A stretch of 64,000 bases of DNA, from the NCBI RefSeq assembly GCF_006345805.1, contig NC_043008.1, positions 67,270,001 through 67,334,000 of the forward strand. The letters run 5' to 3'. Shown here in pieces: positions 23,961 through 37,170 of this stretch. The translations under genes and the position numbers were made by a program. The stretch comes from Octopus sinensis. Lineage: Eukaryota. The notes below the pieces were generated by a model. That model had not been told where the DNA came from. It saw nothing but the letters and a program-made list of their open reading frames with translations, and made no database searches. Position 1 is the first letter of the stretch. The number at the start of each line of letters is the position of its first letter.

Positions 23961-25259
23961 ATAACGATGAAGATGGTAATATAAACAGTAATCATTATGA
24001 TGATTTTTGTGGAATCTGTTTGCAACATAACTTCTGGTTTGGCTCACTGCTCCCTCACCTCTCTTCCTCCTATTGTATGTATGTATGTACGCACACACAC
24101 ACACTTATATATTTTTTGACACAGTTATTAACCTACCACTCTTAAAAATAAAATTCCATCAAAATGGAAAGAACAATTATGAATCTTTGTTTTTCAAATT
24201 TCTCTTAAGAAAACTTATAAATAAATATTCATTTTTCTCCGTTAAATTTTAATAAGTTACTTTCCTCACAATAAGAAATGCTATGTATCTATCTATTTGC
24301 TTATCTTCCTATCACTGTTTTTACCTCAATCTCTCACTCAATACACAAGTAACCTAGATGACTCACAGGCAATGTCCACTTCAGTTTCCTGCATTCAATC
24401 ATTTCAGAATGTTGTTGAATGATTATTTGCTTACAACCATTTTAAAATTCATTTTATTATTAAACAGTTTGTCATGAATGAAGAATGAGTAGTTTCACAA
24501 AGTGTAAGCAAGTGATACAACAAGAGGATTCCATCACTTTTTATCTTGAGCTCTCACTGAATACACTCTCTGTCTCTCTCTAACTCTCTTGCCATATGTA
24601 TGTCTGATTCTGTGTGCATGTTTATTTTCTCTTAAAAGAAGTAATTCATTGCAGAATGGAACAAAAAAATTATGAATCTCTTAACTTATGAATAAATATT
24701 TGTTTTTCTCTTACTGAATTTTAATAACTATATTGTCAGGAATTCATCAGAGGTAAAAATTCTTGCTGGTCAGTGTAAATTTACTCTACCAAGGGGATCC
24801 CACCAGCATCCTAATTATGAAAATATAAAATTTTCTAAAATTATAGTATATATACAGACACTGGCTGTCAAAATTTTCTATCTGCGGTTTGTTGTATAGA
24901 ATGCTGCATGTAGAAAAATAGTTAAAAACTAATATGTATTTTGATCTATCAAATGTTTCTTTTATTTCAATACTGTTTTATGTTCCTTTGTTTAATCCTT
25001 TGTGGAATATATATATACCTGTATTTCCTTGAAAGAAAGAATTACTTATTCCAGGTATAACATAAGGGGTCATGCACTAGTAGTAATAATATCTCAAGAA
25101 ATGTTTTAGGCAACTCTGAATTTTAACATTGTTGCTAATGAAACTGGAAATATCCCCCATAAGAAACAGGGCATTAACAGATGAAATGTCAGAGTGATGT
25201 CTGCCTTGGCAGACATCTTGGTCACATAGATCAGTTAGTAAAACAATCAATAAACTTAC

Positions 25260-25349
25260 CCTTTTCTTTAGTCTTGCTTTCACCTTCTTTTCCAGTTCTT
25301 CAATCAGATTTTTATCAGTGATTTTCCGACGTAAATCTTCCAATGTCTC
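25260..25349 (-). CDS. PDCD7: PDCD7 exon 3 (ETLEDLRRK...KARLKKR)
   Basis: ttttttgtag| acceptor, AGG|GTAAGT donor, 90 nt, phase 0/0. Confidence 0.88.
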
Positions 25350-25859
25350 CTACAAAAAATACGTTTTTCAGGAATATATAAGTAATACAATTTTTTTGCT
25401 TTTGTCTTTATATTGGTTGGTTGGTTTATCACAGTCAACACCTCACTTGCAATGTCTCAATATTTTGGCATCAAAATAAAAATCAACCCTAACCCTAGTA
25501 CTCAAGTGGTACCATATTTTATAGACACTGAAAGAATGAAAGGCAAAGCTGACCAACTCCCCACCCCATATAGCGATGATAAAGTGTTGTAAGCAAGATG
25601 ACAAAGGGAAATGCAGTAACAAGTGAGTTTTAGAATTAACCCAAGAAAAACCTGCAGACTTGAGTGTGGATTATGAAAGGATCAGATCATTATGAAAGGA
25701 TCAGATCTTGGAAAATGAAGCAACCAAAACGATTAGGGATATCTGCAAAGGACAATCTTCTGGAGACATATAAACTAATGCAACTGTGAGGAAGGATAGA
25801 CTAAGTATCAAACTTTCATGATACCCTTAAAGCCAGGAACTTTTCAGTACCCCCTCATA

Positions 25860-26400
25860 CATCATTCTTGCACATGTTCAGTCCACTGCCGGATGAAGGC
25901 CTCCACCAACCATGATCTACTGTTTTCCTCATGCATGTTTGGATGCCAAAGAATTTAACAAAGTCTTCATTCCAACTTCTGCATGGTCTTCCTTTCATTC
26001 TCTTTTCTAGACATGGTGTCCACTCTGTCAATTTGCTGTTCCACCTATTATGCTTTCTTCTAAACACATCCCATGAAAAACCATTTCAGGATTATTATTC
26101 TCCGTATAATATCTGTTAAACCTGTTACCACCCTTATCCTGTTATTTCTCCACTTTTGTTATTCCATGGATCTTACTATATTTTCAATGCTCTTCTTGAT
26201 AGTCCATGTTTTTGATGCATATGTAATGATAGGCAACACACACTGGTACACAAAATCACACCATGAGCAGTAACTCTTGCCCATGCGTCTTCAAACCTAC
26301 CGAGAACTCTACATATTCTTATTTACCCAACTGACAATAAACAGTTTCCACTCCAAGATCACAATTGTTACTCTCCATTCAACTTTGATTAAGCAGGCCC
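25860..26400 (-). mobile_element. RTE-type LINE 3' fragment (decayed)
   Basis: ORF 25855..26067: RWNSKLTEWTP...KRMKGRPCRSWNED. Confidence 0.7.
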
Positions 26401-26424
26401 TGCCATCATTTTTTTTTTTGTATA

Positions 26425-26615
26425 CAGTAATCCCTTGACTATCGCGGGTGTTATGTTCCAAAACCTTCCACAGAAATAATTAAAATCTAAAAAAATATAA
26501 ATACCTATCGACTGCAGATATCTGGATATACTGAGGACTCCACAATATAAATTTACATACATCAGCCAGAAAAATCAGCGATGTATTGAGTGTGCGATAT
26601 GGTGAGAGATTACTA
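26425..26615. mobile_element. Tigger/pogo-like MITE
   Basis: TA|CAGTAATCCCTTGACTATCGC ... GCGATATGGTGAGAGATTACTA|TA imperfect TIRs. Confidence 0.6.
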
Positions 26616-26846
26616 TATCTATGTTTACATTATCTTGTGTCCTTATTTTTTTATCTCAACACTAGGGTGTGATTTGAGAAATTTAGCTTCTATATCTAGC
26701 AGGTCAAATAACTGCATAGAACATCCAAATGAAAAAAACAATTTTGCTGATAGGAATCATCTGACCAACATTAACATAATAAAAAATTAATATGTAAAAC
26801 AAAAACAGTGAAAAGATGTGTCATGCATAAAATATGAATATGTTAC

Positions 26847-26990
26847 CTTTGTTGCTTCGATTTTTCTAATTTCAGCCAACCATTCCTCTTCAGTGGCAGT
26901 TTCATGAATATTCTCTAGGGTTTTCTTTAATTTATGAAGTTGTCCAGCAGTCAGCAGCATTTGACGGACAAGATTCTGTGATTCCCAGAT
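26847..26990 (-). CDS. PDCD7: PDCD7 exon 2 (IWESQNLVRQ...IEATK)
   Basis: ttattcag| acceptor, AAG|GTAACA donor, 144 nt, phase 0/0, helical sequence. Confidence 0.85.
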
Positions 26991-29469
26991 CTGAATAACA
27001 AATTTGAATTTAAAAACTGATATATTACACCAGATATTCTTTGAATCAATGATCCAATAAAGTTTTATTATCATAAGGTAGGTGGACAAAGATGATTATC
27101 ACCATCACCCGCATTATTAACTGGGGACATTGAGGTATGGAATTAGTTGATGAAATTGTGCTTCTCTGCACACTTTGGGCTACTATCAATTTTACACATT
27201 CACATGAAATATGATATGTACATGCTGAGACCTAGCCATTGTCAATCTTACACTAGTGTGAAAGGATCAGTTATAGTCCTGATTGTTAGAGTTATTTCAA
27301 AAGTAGTCATATTTAACCAGGGAATGATAACAGCCTGGAGTACCACATCCCAAAATCACTAGGATGTCCATGATATTTAAATTTAAAAAGAAAGCAATCT
27401 TCATTAACAAAGCTGTTATATGCTTTCATCCTAACAAGTCAGTCAGAGTATGTGTTTGAAACAAGAAAGGAACTACTAAATCCAAGCAATGCAATAACTT
27501 ATTAATATAATTAGCCTCAAAATTTCAGAGACAACACTTTTATACTCTCTTCTTAAATAACAGGCAGGACTATCATAATCATCTTTCAGCATCTATGGCA
27601 AGATCTGACAGGTCCAAAACTGCATTGTGTTCCATGCTTTGGCATGGTTTCTACAGCCCTTCGAAACACCATCCACTTTACAGTACACACTGTATTGTGA
27701 TTTTTATTATTTGCAATACTAGCACTAATGAAGTTTGCAAGACTAAATCCCCTTCAACTGAGGGGAGCTATAACAGTGATGAAGGTGAGAAATTAAAGAA
27801 TGAAAGAAGGGAAAAGACAAAACATGTTTCTTGCCTTAGAAGGCTGAGTGGAATTTGATAGCAACTGTATGGAAGGCTGTCTTTACATTGACACTACTTG
27901 GGCAGTGGTGGTATTGTTTATGTTCTGAATGAACAAAAAATCTGACAGCTCAGAGGTCTGATGTGTGAGGATGTGGAATACATGAAAACAAGTAAAGGTT
28001 GACATCAGGAGAGACATCTGACCATGAAATTTCATCCAAATTATGTCAGCATAGAAAAAGTGGACTTAAAAATGATGACCACTCTCAGACACAGTGCAAA
28101 GGGCCAGAAACATTAGCGACTATGCCCTTCACCATAACTGATCTCTTATCAAATCCTCTTACATTGACACAAGCCATCGCTCTTCTCCTCAGATTTCATA
28201 TTTGATCCATTAATATAACTGATCGCTGTTTTACTTATTGTGTCAGTAAAATAATCTACCAATCAATATCACTCTATAACTATTGATCTATTATAGATTA
28301 TTCTGTTGCCATATTCATCTAATACTTTACAATTAAGCATATTTACAAGAACTAAAATGAAGAAACTGTAGGTTTGCCAAGTGAAAAATCCAAACCTGAT
28401 TACTTAATCACTTTCCCCAAGAGTTACAATATTTTCACCTGCAATACCCACACCGATTTCTCACAATAAAATATACATGAAACTGAACTCAGTAGTGGAA
28501 GTTTATGAAACGCATCTCAAATTTACAATGGTGTAGCTGCTTATAATGGTAAGCTGTTTTACTCATTGGTACTAAATGGACTAAGCTGTTGAGTATTAAA
28601 TGTCTGTCTTGGACACAACATGGTGCCTAGATTTGAACCACAAAGTATTTATAATCACCTGTGCAACACATTTACTCAAGGCTCAGACTTTAACTCAGTA
28701 CATTATAAACACTGCCTTAAAACTGAAACTTATAAGAGGAATGCATTACAAATAGCATAAAAGTAAAATGGGTATATTCAAATCCATCCGTGTTCTCTAC
28801 TCACTATTCTTGGAGAGTCCTCAGGCACCTCCTTGACTTATCAACTGTCATTAGACCACTGAGACCATGGATATTATTAAACCATCTCATTCTCGGTCTA
28901 TTCCTGGGTCTCCTACCAATTGGCTCAGCTTGAATCCATCTTGTAATTCTTTCCTGAGGCATTCTAGTCAGTATTACTATAGGTTTGTGCCCCTCAGTTT
29001 TATCATTTTAGAAAAAAAATAAAATGGCAGAGGAGTGTAATTTCGGATACAACTTCACCACCAACACCATCAGTGTGACTACCAGTTTTCTATATTGCAA
29101 GCAATTTTCACTTTATCTATTTAATTATGCCGATTTATGTTTGAAATATCAACATTACATAATCTACACTCTTGAAAGCATATTTCTTGTATGCTGTTTG
29201 GTCACCAAGCAGCTTTGGTCACGCTGACCTATGATCAGAGATATTCCAGTTGTGACCATCTCATCTTTTTGTACATCAGCAACTACACTGTCAGATGTAG
29301 ATTGTCATTTCAAATTATACAAGAGACAGAAGACACTTTGGATAATGTCTTCCTCGATACACTATGCCTGAAACAAAGACATGAGTCAAATACATTCATT
29401 CGTTCGTCTGTCTGTTCAATCTGGAGCTAAACAATAAAATGATAAGAAAATCTTCCAATTTGAACATAC

Positions 29470-30729
29470 CGTTATGGTTGAAGGTTTCTTTGCAGGCCGG
29501 TCCTGGATTTTCGTGGAAAACTTTTGCTTAATCCATTCTTTGTCTTGTTGTCTTTGGAGTTGTAAGGCATCATCGATTTGGGAATATTCAGAATCTACAG
29601 AACTGTCAGGTTTTTGTGGGATCCTGTTCCCATAAACTGGCGTCAGAGGAGGTGGAACACTGAAGTTTGATGTCGCTAAAGTCACATCAGACAGTCCACT
29701 GTTTGATGGAGTGTTAAAATTATTATCCCCGTGTAATTGATTCGTATTTAAGGTGTCGGCCAGAGGAGGGGGCGGGGGAGAAATAAAACTGGGACCGAGA
29801 GGGGGAGGAGGGGGAACAGAAGTGGCATTGGATGGGATGCTAGAAACAATGGAATTAGAACTGTCGGTTCCTAGATACATCGGTGCAGAACAAGGTTTCA
29901 AGTACTGTGGAGGCAGTGGTGATGGACCAGCAGAGGATGGGGCAGATGAAGTATGGGGTATCACCGGTGGTAGTGGTAGGGGTGGCAGAGGCGGCAGGGA
30001 AGGTGGGGGACACGATGTGTCGAGGCCGGGGAAAGGGGGCAGGTTGAAGTTGGCCGGATACTCTGGTGTTGCAACGTTCTTCTGTTGGGGAATGTAATTC
30101 ACTCCCGAGTAGAATCCAGCTTGGTCCCTGATGGGTGGTGGCAGCGGTGGTTGAGGACGAGTCGGTGGTGGCTGTGACGGTAACCTTGTCGTCACTTGTT
30201 GATGCATGTGTAATGGCGGTGGGCGTGGCGGCGGTGGTGGTGGTGGTAAGTTAGTGTTAGGAAACTGTTCTGGTCTGAAACCGCTTCTGCTGTATTTCGG
30301 CGGGTAGTTGTTGTCATTAGTGATTGGTGGAAGAGAGTTCGAATGTAACATGTTCCTCGTGTTATTGTTGTTGTTGTTAGTATTACTAGACCTTGGATGA
30401 TCAGAATAATTATACGGTGGCAAAGCTCCTTCAGTTCGGCCGTAAGGTGGGGGGTAGTTTTTGGAGTCATGATCTTTATAATAATTTCCCTCATCAGGAT
30501 GGTTATATCTGGTACCCCGGTGCTGTTGTTCGCTAGGGGGAAAGTTGCGGAACGTACGTTGGCTCTCGCCGTAGGGTCTGGAAGAGAAGTTGTCATTATT
30601 TGTGTCATATGGTTGATGTTGTTGTGATGGAGGTAGTGGTGATGGAGGTAGTGGTCTACTCTGTTGGCCACGTTGGTGATGCTGATGATAATATGTATCA
30701 TCACTGTAAGCCGATGATGACGGATTCAT
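29470..30729 (-). CDS. PDCD7: PDCD7 / U11-59K coding exon 1 (420 codons; Pro-rich, Q/N/Y-rich low-complexity N-terminus)
   Basis: ORF 29416..30747; ATG at 30729 (MNPSS...); donor ACG|GTATGT, phase 0; splices in frame to eight downstream exons whose product resembles PDCD7. A small upstream coding exon is possible (see findings). Confidence 0.85.
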
Positions 30730-30982
30730 TATAAAACACACTGTCAATGCTCACAGCTTCCACGAGTTTATATTTGGATGAACAAAATATCACAAACAAC
30801 AGCTTATTTTCTATTATAGTTATTTTCTCCTCTTCTTTAAATTACATCAAATGAAAAAGGGAAGAAAGAAATTTAGAAGAAAGTTAATGGAGAAACAAAC
30901 CAGAGTAAGACGCCATGATAGATAACACGAGATTTGATCGAGACTTCAGTATTAAATCTCGTTGTACCACAATAAACATTGA

Positions 30983-31000
30983 CAGTTGCTGTAGCAACTG
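30983..31000. promoter_or_regulatory. RFX X-box-like palindrome in the PDCD7 promoter region
   Basis: CAGTTGCT-GT-AGCAACTG; core GTTGCTGTAGCAAC fits the X-box pattern, about 260 bp upstream of the ATG. Confidence 0.5.
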
Positions 31001-31479
31001 ACCAGAGTTGTGTGTGGATAAAGACTCGATTAACGGGCACAAGTACAGATTGGTGCCACAGACTTCCGTTTTGTCATAACTTTCTGATAATTGCATATTA
31101 TTTAAGGAAATTTTGCAGAAATATGTTTTCGATGATGTAGATTGCAATTATATTGATGAAATTTACAAAAAAAGGACTTGCGAAAGAGTTTTTGATCGTT
31201 TTTCTCCTTCCTCCCCCAGCTGCTTTGACTTTAGGATAACTAATTTCTGTAATTTTACCTGTTTTCACCTTTTTTTCTTTTTCAGGCTTATATGTTTCAA
31301 ACATTAACATTACATAATTAACACTCTCTGTAAAGTATTTCTGAAAATCGTCTCTTAAAAACACGCATTTCAAAATGTTATAAGGAAATAAAATTAGGTG
31401 AGGAATAATTCAAAACACCTTAAACATTTTGGTAATCTGTCAGTATATGGTGTTTGAAAAATAAATAAAAATTAAAGAG

Positions 31480-31740
31480 GAAATAATTAGGTTCTCATAC
31501 CTAAATAATGGTATGTCCACTCACGAAGTGATTGTGCATCAGAACTTTGTAGATCCGACAAATAACGACGCCCTTACGCAAAATGTGGAGAATATATGGG
31601 TGCGGGTAAAAAGAAAATTACGACGTCAAATAATTTATTCGTTTCATATTTACACGCGCTTATATAGAGGAATTCTGTACCAAAGAAAGAGACTTTTGCT
31701 CACTTTTTGGTGGCTATAGCCAATGTCTACGTTAAGCTGA
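31480..31740 (+). mobile_element. Merlin/ISXO2-like (IS1595 family) transposase fragment
   Basis: HEVIVHQNFVDPTNNDALTQNVENIWVRVKRKL resembles the conserved H..VNH..NFVDP..G.HTQNIE..W...KR motif. Confidence 0.75.
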
Positions 31741-33049
31741 CGTATTTATCTCCCCTTGTTAGTCCTCCAATCTTTACTTACTTTTTAATCACCATATACT
31801 GAAAGATTACCTAATTTTTTTTATAGAAAGCACTTTTACTTTATTTCGATTCTTCGAATTTAATAATTACGTATATAACACACACACACATGATACATAT
31901 ATAATACAGAATCACATAAATAGAAATCCAAAACCGAAGAAAACACAAATGTAAGCGAAGAAAGAAAAAAAAATTAATTTTTAATATTAGCAAATTCTGC
32001 CGCGGCTGACTTTGACTTTCATCCTTTTGGAAGCAAAAAAATAAGTACCAGTTGATTACTGGGGTCGATGTTATCAACTTATCCCCTTCACCGAAATTGC
32101 TGGCTTTGTGCCATAATTTGAAACCAATATTATCAATCAATATAATCGTAATCTATATTTTCAAAACTATATCTCTGCAAAATTTCATTAAAAAATAAGC
32201 AATTTTTTTTCTGAAGGGAAACATATTGTTGTCGAAGGGGACCACTCTGTAGTCATAGCTTAGCTCTTTCATTGATATTCACTATTCTTCTCTTCCCTTT
32301 TTCGACAGACAAGAAGCTACTTGGGAGGTCAGATTCTTAACTTGTTTTATTCTACAACACTATAATCGTCATTCAGTAGATGAGTCTGTATACCTGACAC
32401 GAATGAGTTGGATCTAGAAGCAACCCCTTGGAAATACTCCTTTCTACAACAGGCTCGAGGCCTGAAATTGTGGTGGTAGGAGGGTGCTAGTCATTTACAT
32501 CAACTCCAGTGTTCAACTGGTACTTATTTTATCGACCCTGAAGGGATAAAAAGCTAAGTCAACCTTGGTGGAATTTGAACTCAGAATATAAAGACGGCCA
32601 AAATACCACTAAGCATTTTACCCAGTGTGCTTAATGATTCTGTCAGCTCGTTGCCTTACACTTGAGCAATATTATTCATAATAAATAATCATGTCATGAT
32701 TAAAAGGATAGTATTACAAATTTTGTAAATTCTCCATCATTTTCAATGACTGATTTACAGGATCAAGTTATTTTACAGGCTTTCAAACAGTTTTTGTCTC
32801 CCCACTTTCACTTGCAAGATTTAGATAGAACTAAGTCTTAGATTAAAAGACACATCTGAGATGCCATACAATGGAATCAAACCTAGAATCATATAAGTGT
32901 GAAGCAAATTAACCATTCAGCTATGCTATTGTCATGAGGGTGTTTGTTCACCATTGTGGTGGTTGCAATGTATGTGTGTATTGTGTTGTTAGCATATTTA
33001 TTGCTGGATATGATTTACTGTGTTGGCTGTTTGTAAAAGAAAAGTGCTG

Positions 33050-35334
33050 ATAATATAACAGCCAACTGGGAGGAGAGAACCGTACTGTGTCTGGTAGGAA
33101 GCTACTTGTAATACGTTGTGTACCACAAACTATTTCTTGCTCGAGGTGATCTGTCTGAGAGCCAGAGGTGGTCTGATCTTAGCGATCTGCATTCTGTGAG
33201 TGCCCAGGTGGTCTATGTGAATACTGACAAGGCCATCTGCTCTTAGTTGTTTACTGAAGTCATCTGTCATAGCAGTCTGCTAAGGTCATCTGTCTTAGTG
33301 ATCTGTCAAACTACTGCAAGTCACTGGCTGAGTTAGACACCAAACAATTTTTTATAGAGTGAAAAGTGAGTGAATTTTAGATCATCTGATGAGCCATATC
33401 ACACCACAGCTTCCTGCTCATTGATCAATTTATAGATCAATCAAATGAAACTGTAGTGGTTTATTTATGGTTTTAAATAGAATGTTTTGCAGTTGGGGTT
33501 CAAATCCCTACAGCTGTCTTCTTCCAGTAATTTGCAGTGTAAGTGAGAAGAACAAGATAATAAAACAACAAAATAACATACAAATTCAAAATGCCAACAC
33601 AAGAGCAAAAATATGTGCATTGAACACAATAAATACAGAGATAAAATTCATGTAGCCATGATCAAGTAATAAGTTTGTAAGATATGCAAAGCATTGATAG
33701 GAACATGGGATTTTAGCGAAGATTGTTGTTGAATGAATGCTATGCAGTTTAAGTTCAGATGATTTAAAGTCTTCTGATTAAAATGAGTCAGAATGAATAT
33801 CAATAAGAAAATACAAAAGCAAGTTAAAATTTACCACACTGCAACATTTATTTCCAATGCTTAAGTGAATACATCAACTGGTACAACAAATAGAACTCTG
33901 TCAAAAAGTTTACATGGTTTCACAATGTTTCTTTGAGATGAAGTTAAATGTTAGAAGAAACGCAAAACATAGCATTAAAGATTCTGGTTACAAATCTCTC
34001 CTTACTGAAAATGCAAATTGGTAAATATTAACCTCATATCAAAGATAAAAGCTCACACATAACAAACTCACCTCTACTTGGAATTTGCAGGAAAATCATC
34101 CCTTAAATAGCTGATATAGAGACACAAGGATAGTCTATCACGTTAAGGGGTGGACAGTCTAGGTAAAGCTAAATGGAATGGACATCATGTGATGAGCCAA
34201 AATGAGTATCTAAAAGTCAAGAAGCAAAATGTGGGTAGCTAAAGGTAAATACCAAACGTGCTTCTGCTACAAGATAATGTATCTACTGCAGAATTTTCAG
34301 CACCCTTGACATGGCATATATACTCAATAATCTTCGAAATATTATCAAAGTGTCTAATGTCCCATAGGAAATATTTATCTCTTTTGAATTATAACATGTA
34401 GGTTTATAGTTTAAGATCAGTATAACTGAAGTTCTTCCTTCTAAGAAATGGCAAAAGTGCTTTACTGACAAATAGGCTGCTCCTGAATGTACCAGGAACT
34501 AATATTTGGAAATAGTGTCATGAATATGAAAGATGCAACTTATTGAAATTATGCCAAGAAATGTTGTCATGCTTAATCCCAGGAACTGCTGTTTTTCTGT
34601 GTTTGAGTGGCTAATTTTAAAAGAACATGATTGAGTGTATTTGCGTGTGTTTGCACCAAAACGGTTGTGATACCAACAACATGTCATTAGTCTCCCACAG
34701 GGACTGAATGAACAATTTCTTGAAGATATGCAGCACCAAGAATTCAAACATGTAGGGTATCAAGGTAACTGTAATTACATGAGTCTATCCATCAGAGCTT
34801 GAATTTTGTCTTCAATTGTCTAATGAAACATCACCAGTTCAGAGGAAATAGAAGAGACAAAGGTAGGAGGATGTGTTTTTGTGTCAAAAAGTATTGAAAG
34901 AAGAAATATCCATAATACCATGGGAAGTTACCATATTTAAGTGCAAATTATTTGGAATCACTCAAATGAAAAGGATGTGAAAAAAATTAAAATACTGGCT
35001 GTTACTCTGAGGTTGGGAAGGTTCTAGATAAAATTTGCTCTGAAATCATACCAAAGCTGTTTGTCTTAGTGGTCTGCCAAGACCATCAGCATAACTGCCT
35101 GAAGCTGTCTGCACAAATGCTCAAAGCTATCTATTTGAATGCCCAGGGCCATCTGGCTGAGTTGGGCACCAAACGATTTTTATAAGGTGAAAAGGGAGCA
35201 CATCTTAGATCATCTTATGAGCCAAATCACAGTTTCATGCTGACTACCCAATTTATAGATGAATCATGTGAAACTGTAGTGATTTACTAGTGATTCTTTA
35301 CTTAGTATCTTGTGTTTGGCTTCAAATCCCTACA
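33050..35334 (-). mobile_element. Decayed, internally deleted Ty3/gypsy LTR retrotransposon
   Basis: Diverged direct repeats both beginning TGTAGGGATTTGAA on the minus strand (35334, 33512); gag CWYHNRFGANTRK; RNase H AYLSVKHFCHFLEGR..HVKGAENSAVDTLS; purine run before the 3' LTR; left boundary approximate. Confidence 0.8.
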
Positions 35335-36595
35335 CTACATACAAAATACCATAATAAAAAAGGTAAAGTTTCCTTCTCAAGTTATGCCAGTTCATAAGGG
35401 CTGGTTTCCATGGCATATTCATTCCCCACTTGGATGGGACACCAGACCATCACAGGATTACTCATTTTTGCCAGCTGAGTGGACTGGAACAGCATGAAAT
35501 GAAGTGTCACCCGGTCCAGCAATCAAAACCACAATCTTACAATTATAAGCCCAACACCTTAACCACTAAGCCATGTACCTCCACTGAACACCATAAGAGA
35601 GCAGACATTATGGAACACAACCCTTTTAATACCAACTCCAGCCCTGATCCTATGATACAGACTTCCTATTTTAAAGTAATCAATTAGAACCTTCCCTCAA
35701 AATTTCATGCTAATTTATGATCAAAACAACAGATTAATAATGACAATGTTATACTACTAATTCTTCATCTTTAATATTAATTGAAACAACAGAAATATGA
35801 TAGCAAAAAGGTTAAGCGAACCATTATGATAAAAAGTCATTGCCCAAACCATGTGAAATATTATATATGGACTGAGTGACACAATTACTCATGCAGGCTC
35901 TATCTAATCACTAGAAATAACAGCCAAATTTTACTAAAATCACATCTTCTCACCTTAAAAAGGGTTTAACAAATCATTAGTGTCAGACAAAATGGGTTGC
36001 AGTATTTACTACTCCTTTAGATTTTGAGTTTGAATCCCACCAAGCTGATTTTTATCTTTCATCCTTCTGCACTTAAAGAATACAGTAGCAGTCATGTACT
36101 AGCTTCATTTTTTATTCCTGTAATGAGTGTATTCTAGACATCAATGGATTTATAATAGACGACTTAGACACTTTGAACAATGAAAAGGCTACAGTTTATT
36201 TTAGTGGAATAGAATTTTCAGTGTCACTTTTCAGGACACTAGAAACTAGAACCTGAGCATATTTACATATTTATTGCATAGGAGGTATAGTTTTACTATT
36301 ACACACATCTCATGAGACAGGTATAAACTGATTGTCAAACTTTCAGAACAGTATCACTACCTCATGGAGAAGAGAAAAGGCAAGAAATTTGGCATTTATT
36401 TCTGAGAAAGAATTTTTCTACAGCTGGATGCCCTTCCTGGTGCCAACCATTATACAGTGTGAAGTGGGTGCCCTTTTTTGGCACCAATACTAATGAGATT
36501 GCTATGCAGCCTGTAAAACCAAGACCCTCTTCGAATGAATGGAGCTTCAATAGGGATGAAGGGTTAAAGTGAGAGAGACAGGACAGAAAAAACTA

Positions 36596-37170
36596 TAGCA
36601 TGTAAACATTTGGTATTTCCTGTTCTAGACCTTTTAGTACTTCACTTGTTTATTGAATAAAAGAATAATGATTCTTGCTGTTTTGTCTTCCTCATTTTCA
36701 TCATGATTTTATTCTCCAATATCTTGTTTCTCCAGACATACAAATACCTGTACAATTTCTGAATGATCTATAATGTTTCCTTGCTGTATGGGGAGCTAGA
36801 TAGCTTCTCTTACTATAAAAGAGAGGGTAGGAGTGATTGGGGTGAAACTGGAAAAAGGTAAAAATAGTGGCGATGAGATCTTAAGATACAAAGAGCTTGC
36901 CTTGTAATGTTGGAAACTAGTTTCTGTTAGGTGTATTTCCTAGCTAACCACACTTATTATAGCTAATCTTCATTATTATAAATCACTCAGATATTGTACA
37001 GGTGTTTGTATGTCTGGAGAGAGGAGATAATGGAGAATAAAGTAATGATGAAAATGAGGAATACATATCAGAAAGAATCATTATTCTTTAACTGAGTTAA
37101 CAAGTGAAGTGCTAAAAGGTCTAGAGCAATGCAGTTAACTGAACAAAAAATACCAAATGTTTACATGCTA
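36596..37170. repeat. Inverted repeat, arms about 36596-36775 and 36975-37170
   Basis: tagcatgtaaacatttggtattt/aaataccaaatgtttacatgcta and continuing complementarity over about 180 bp. Confidence 0.9.

Noticed and set aside
24145-24730. Diverged direct repeat of about 100 bp (24145-24260 versus 24632-24730) as LTRs
   Set aside because: No TG..CA ends, PBS or coding remnants; an old local duplication.
29753-30704. Gly-rich antisense ORF and alternative-frame ORFs over exon 1
   Set aside because: Shadows of the poly-Pro and low-complexity codons of PDCD7.
374-30729. U12-type intron in PDCD7
   Set aside because: All eight introns have U2-type GT-AG ends; none starts RTATCCTT.
33383-33400. CTGATGAG hammerhead core in the LTR
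   Set aside because: No stem II-GAAA follows, and the other LTR copy lacks the core.
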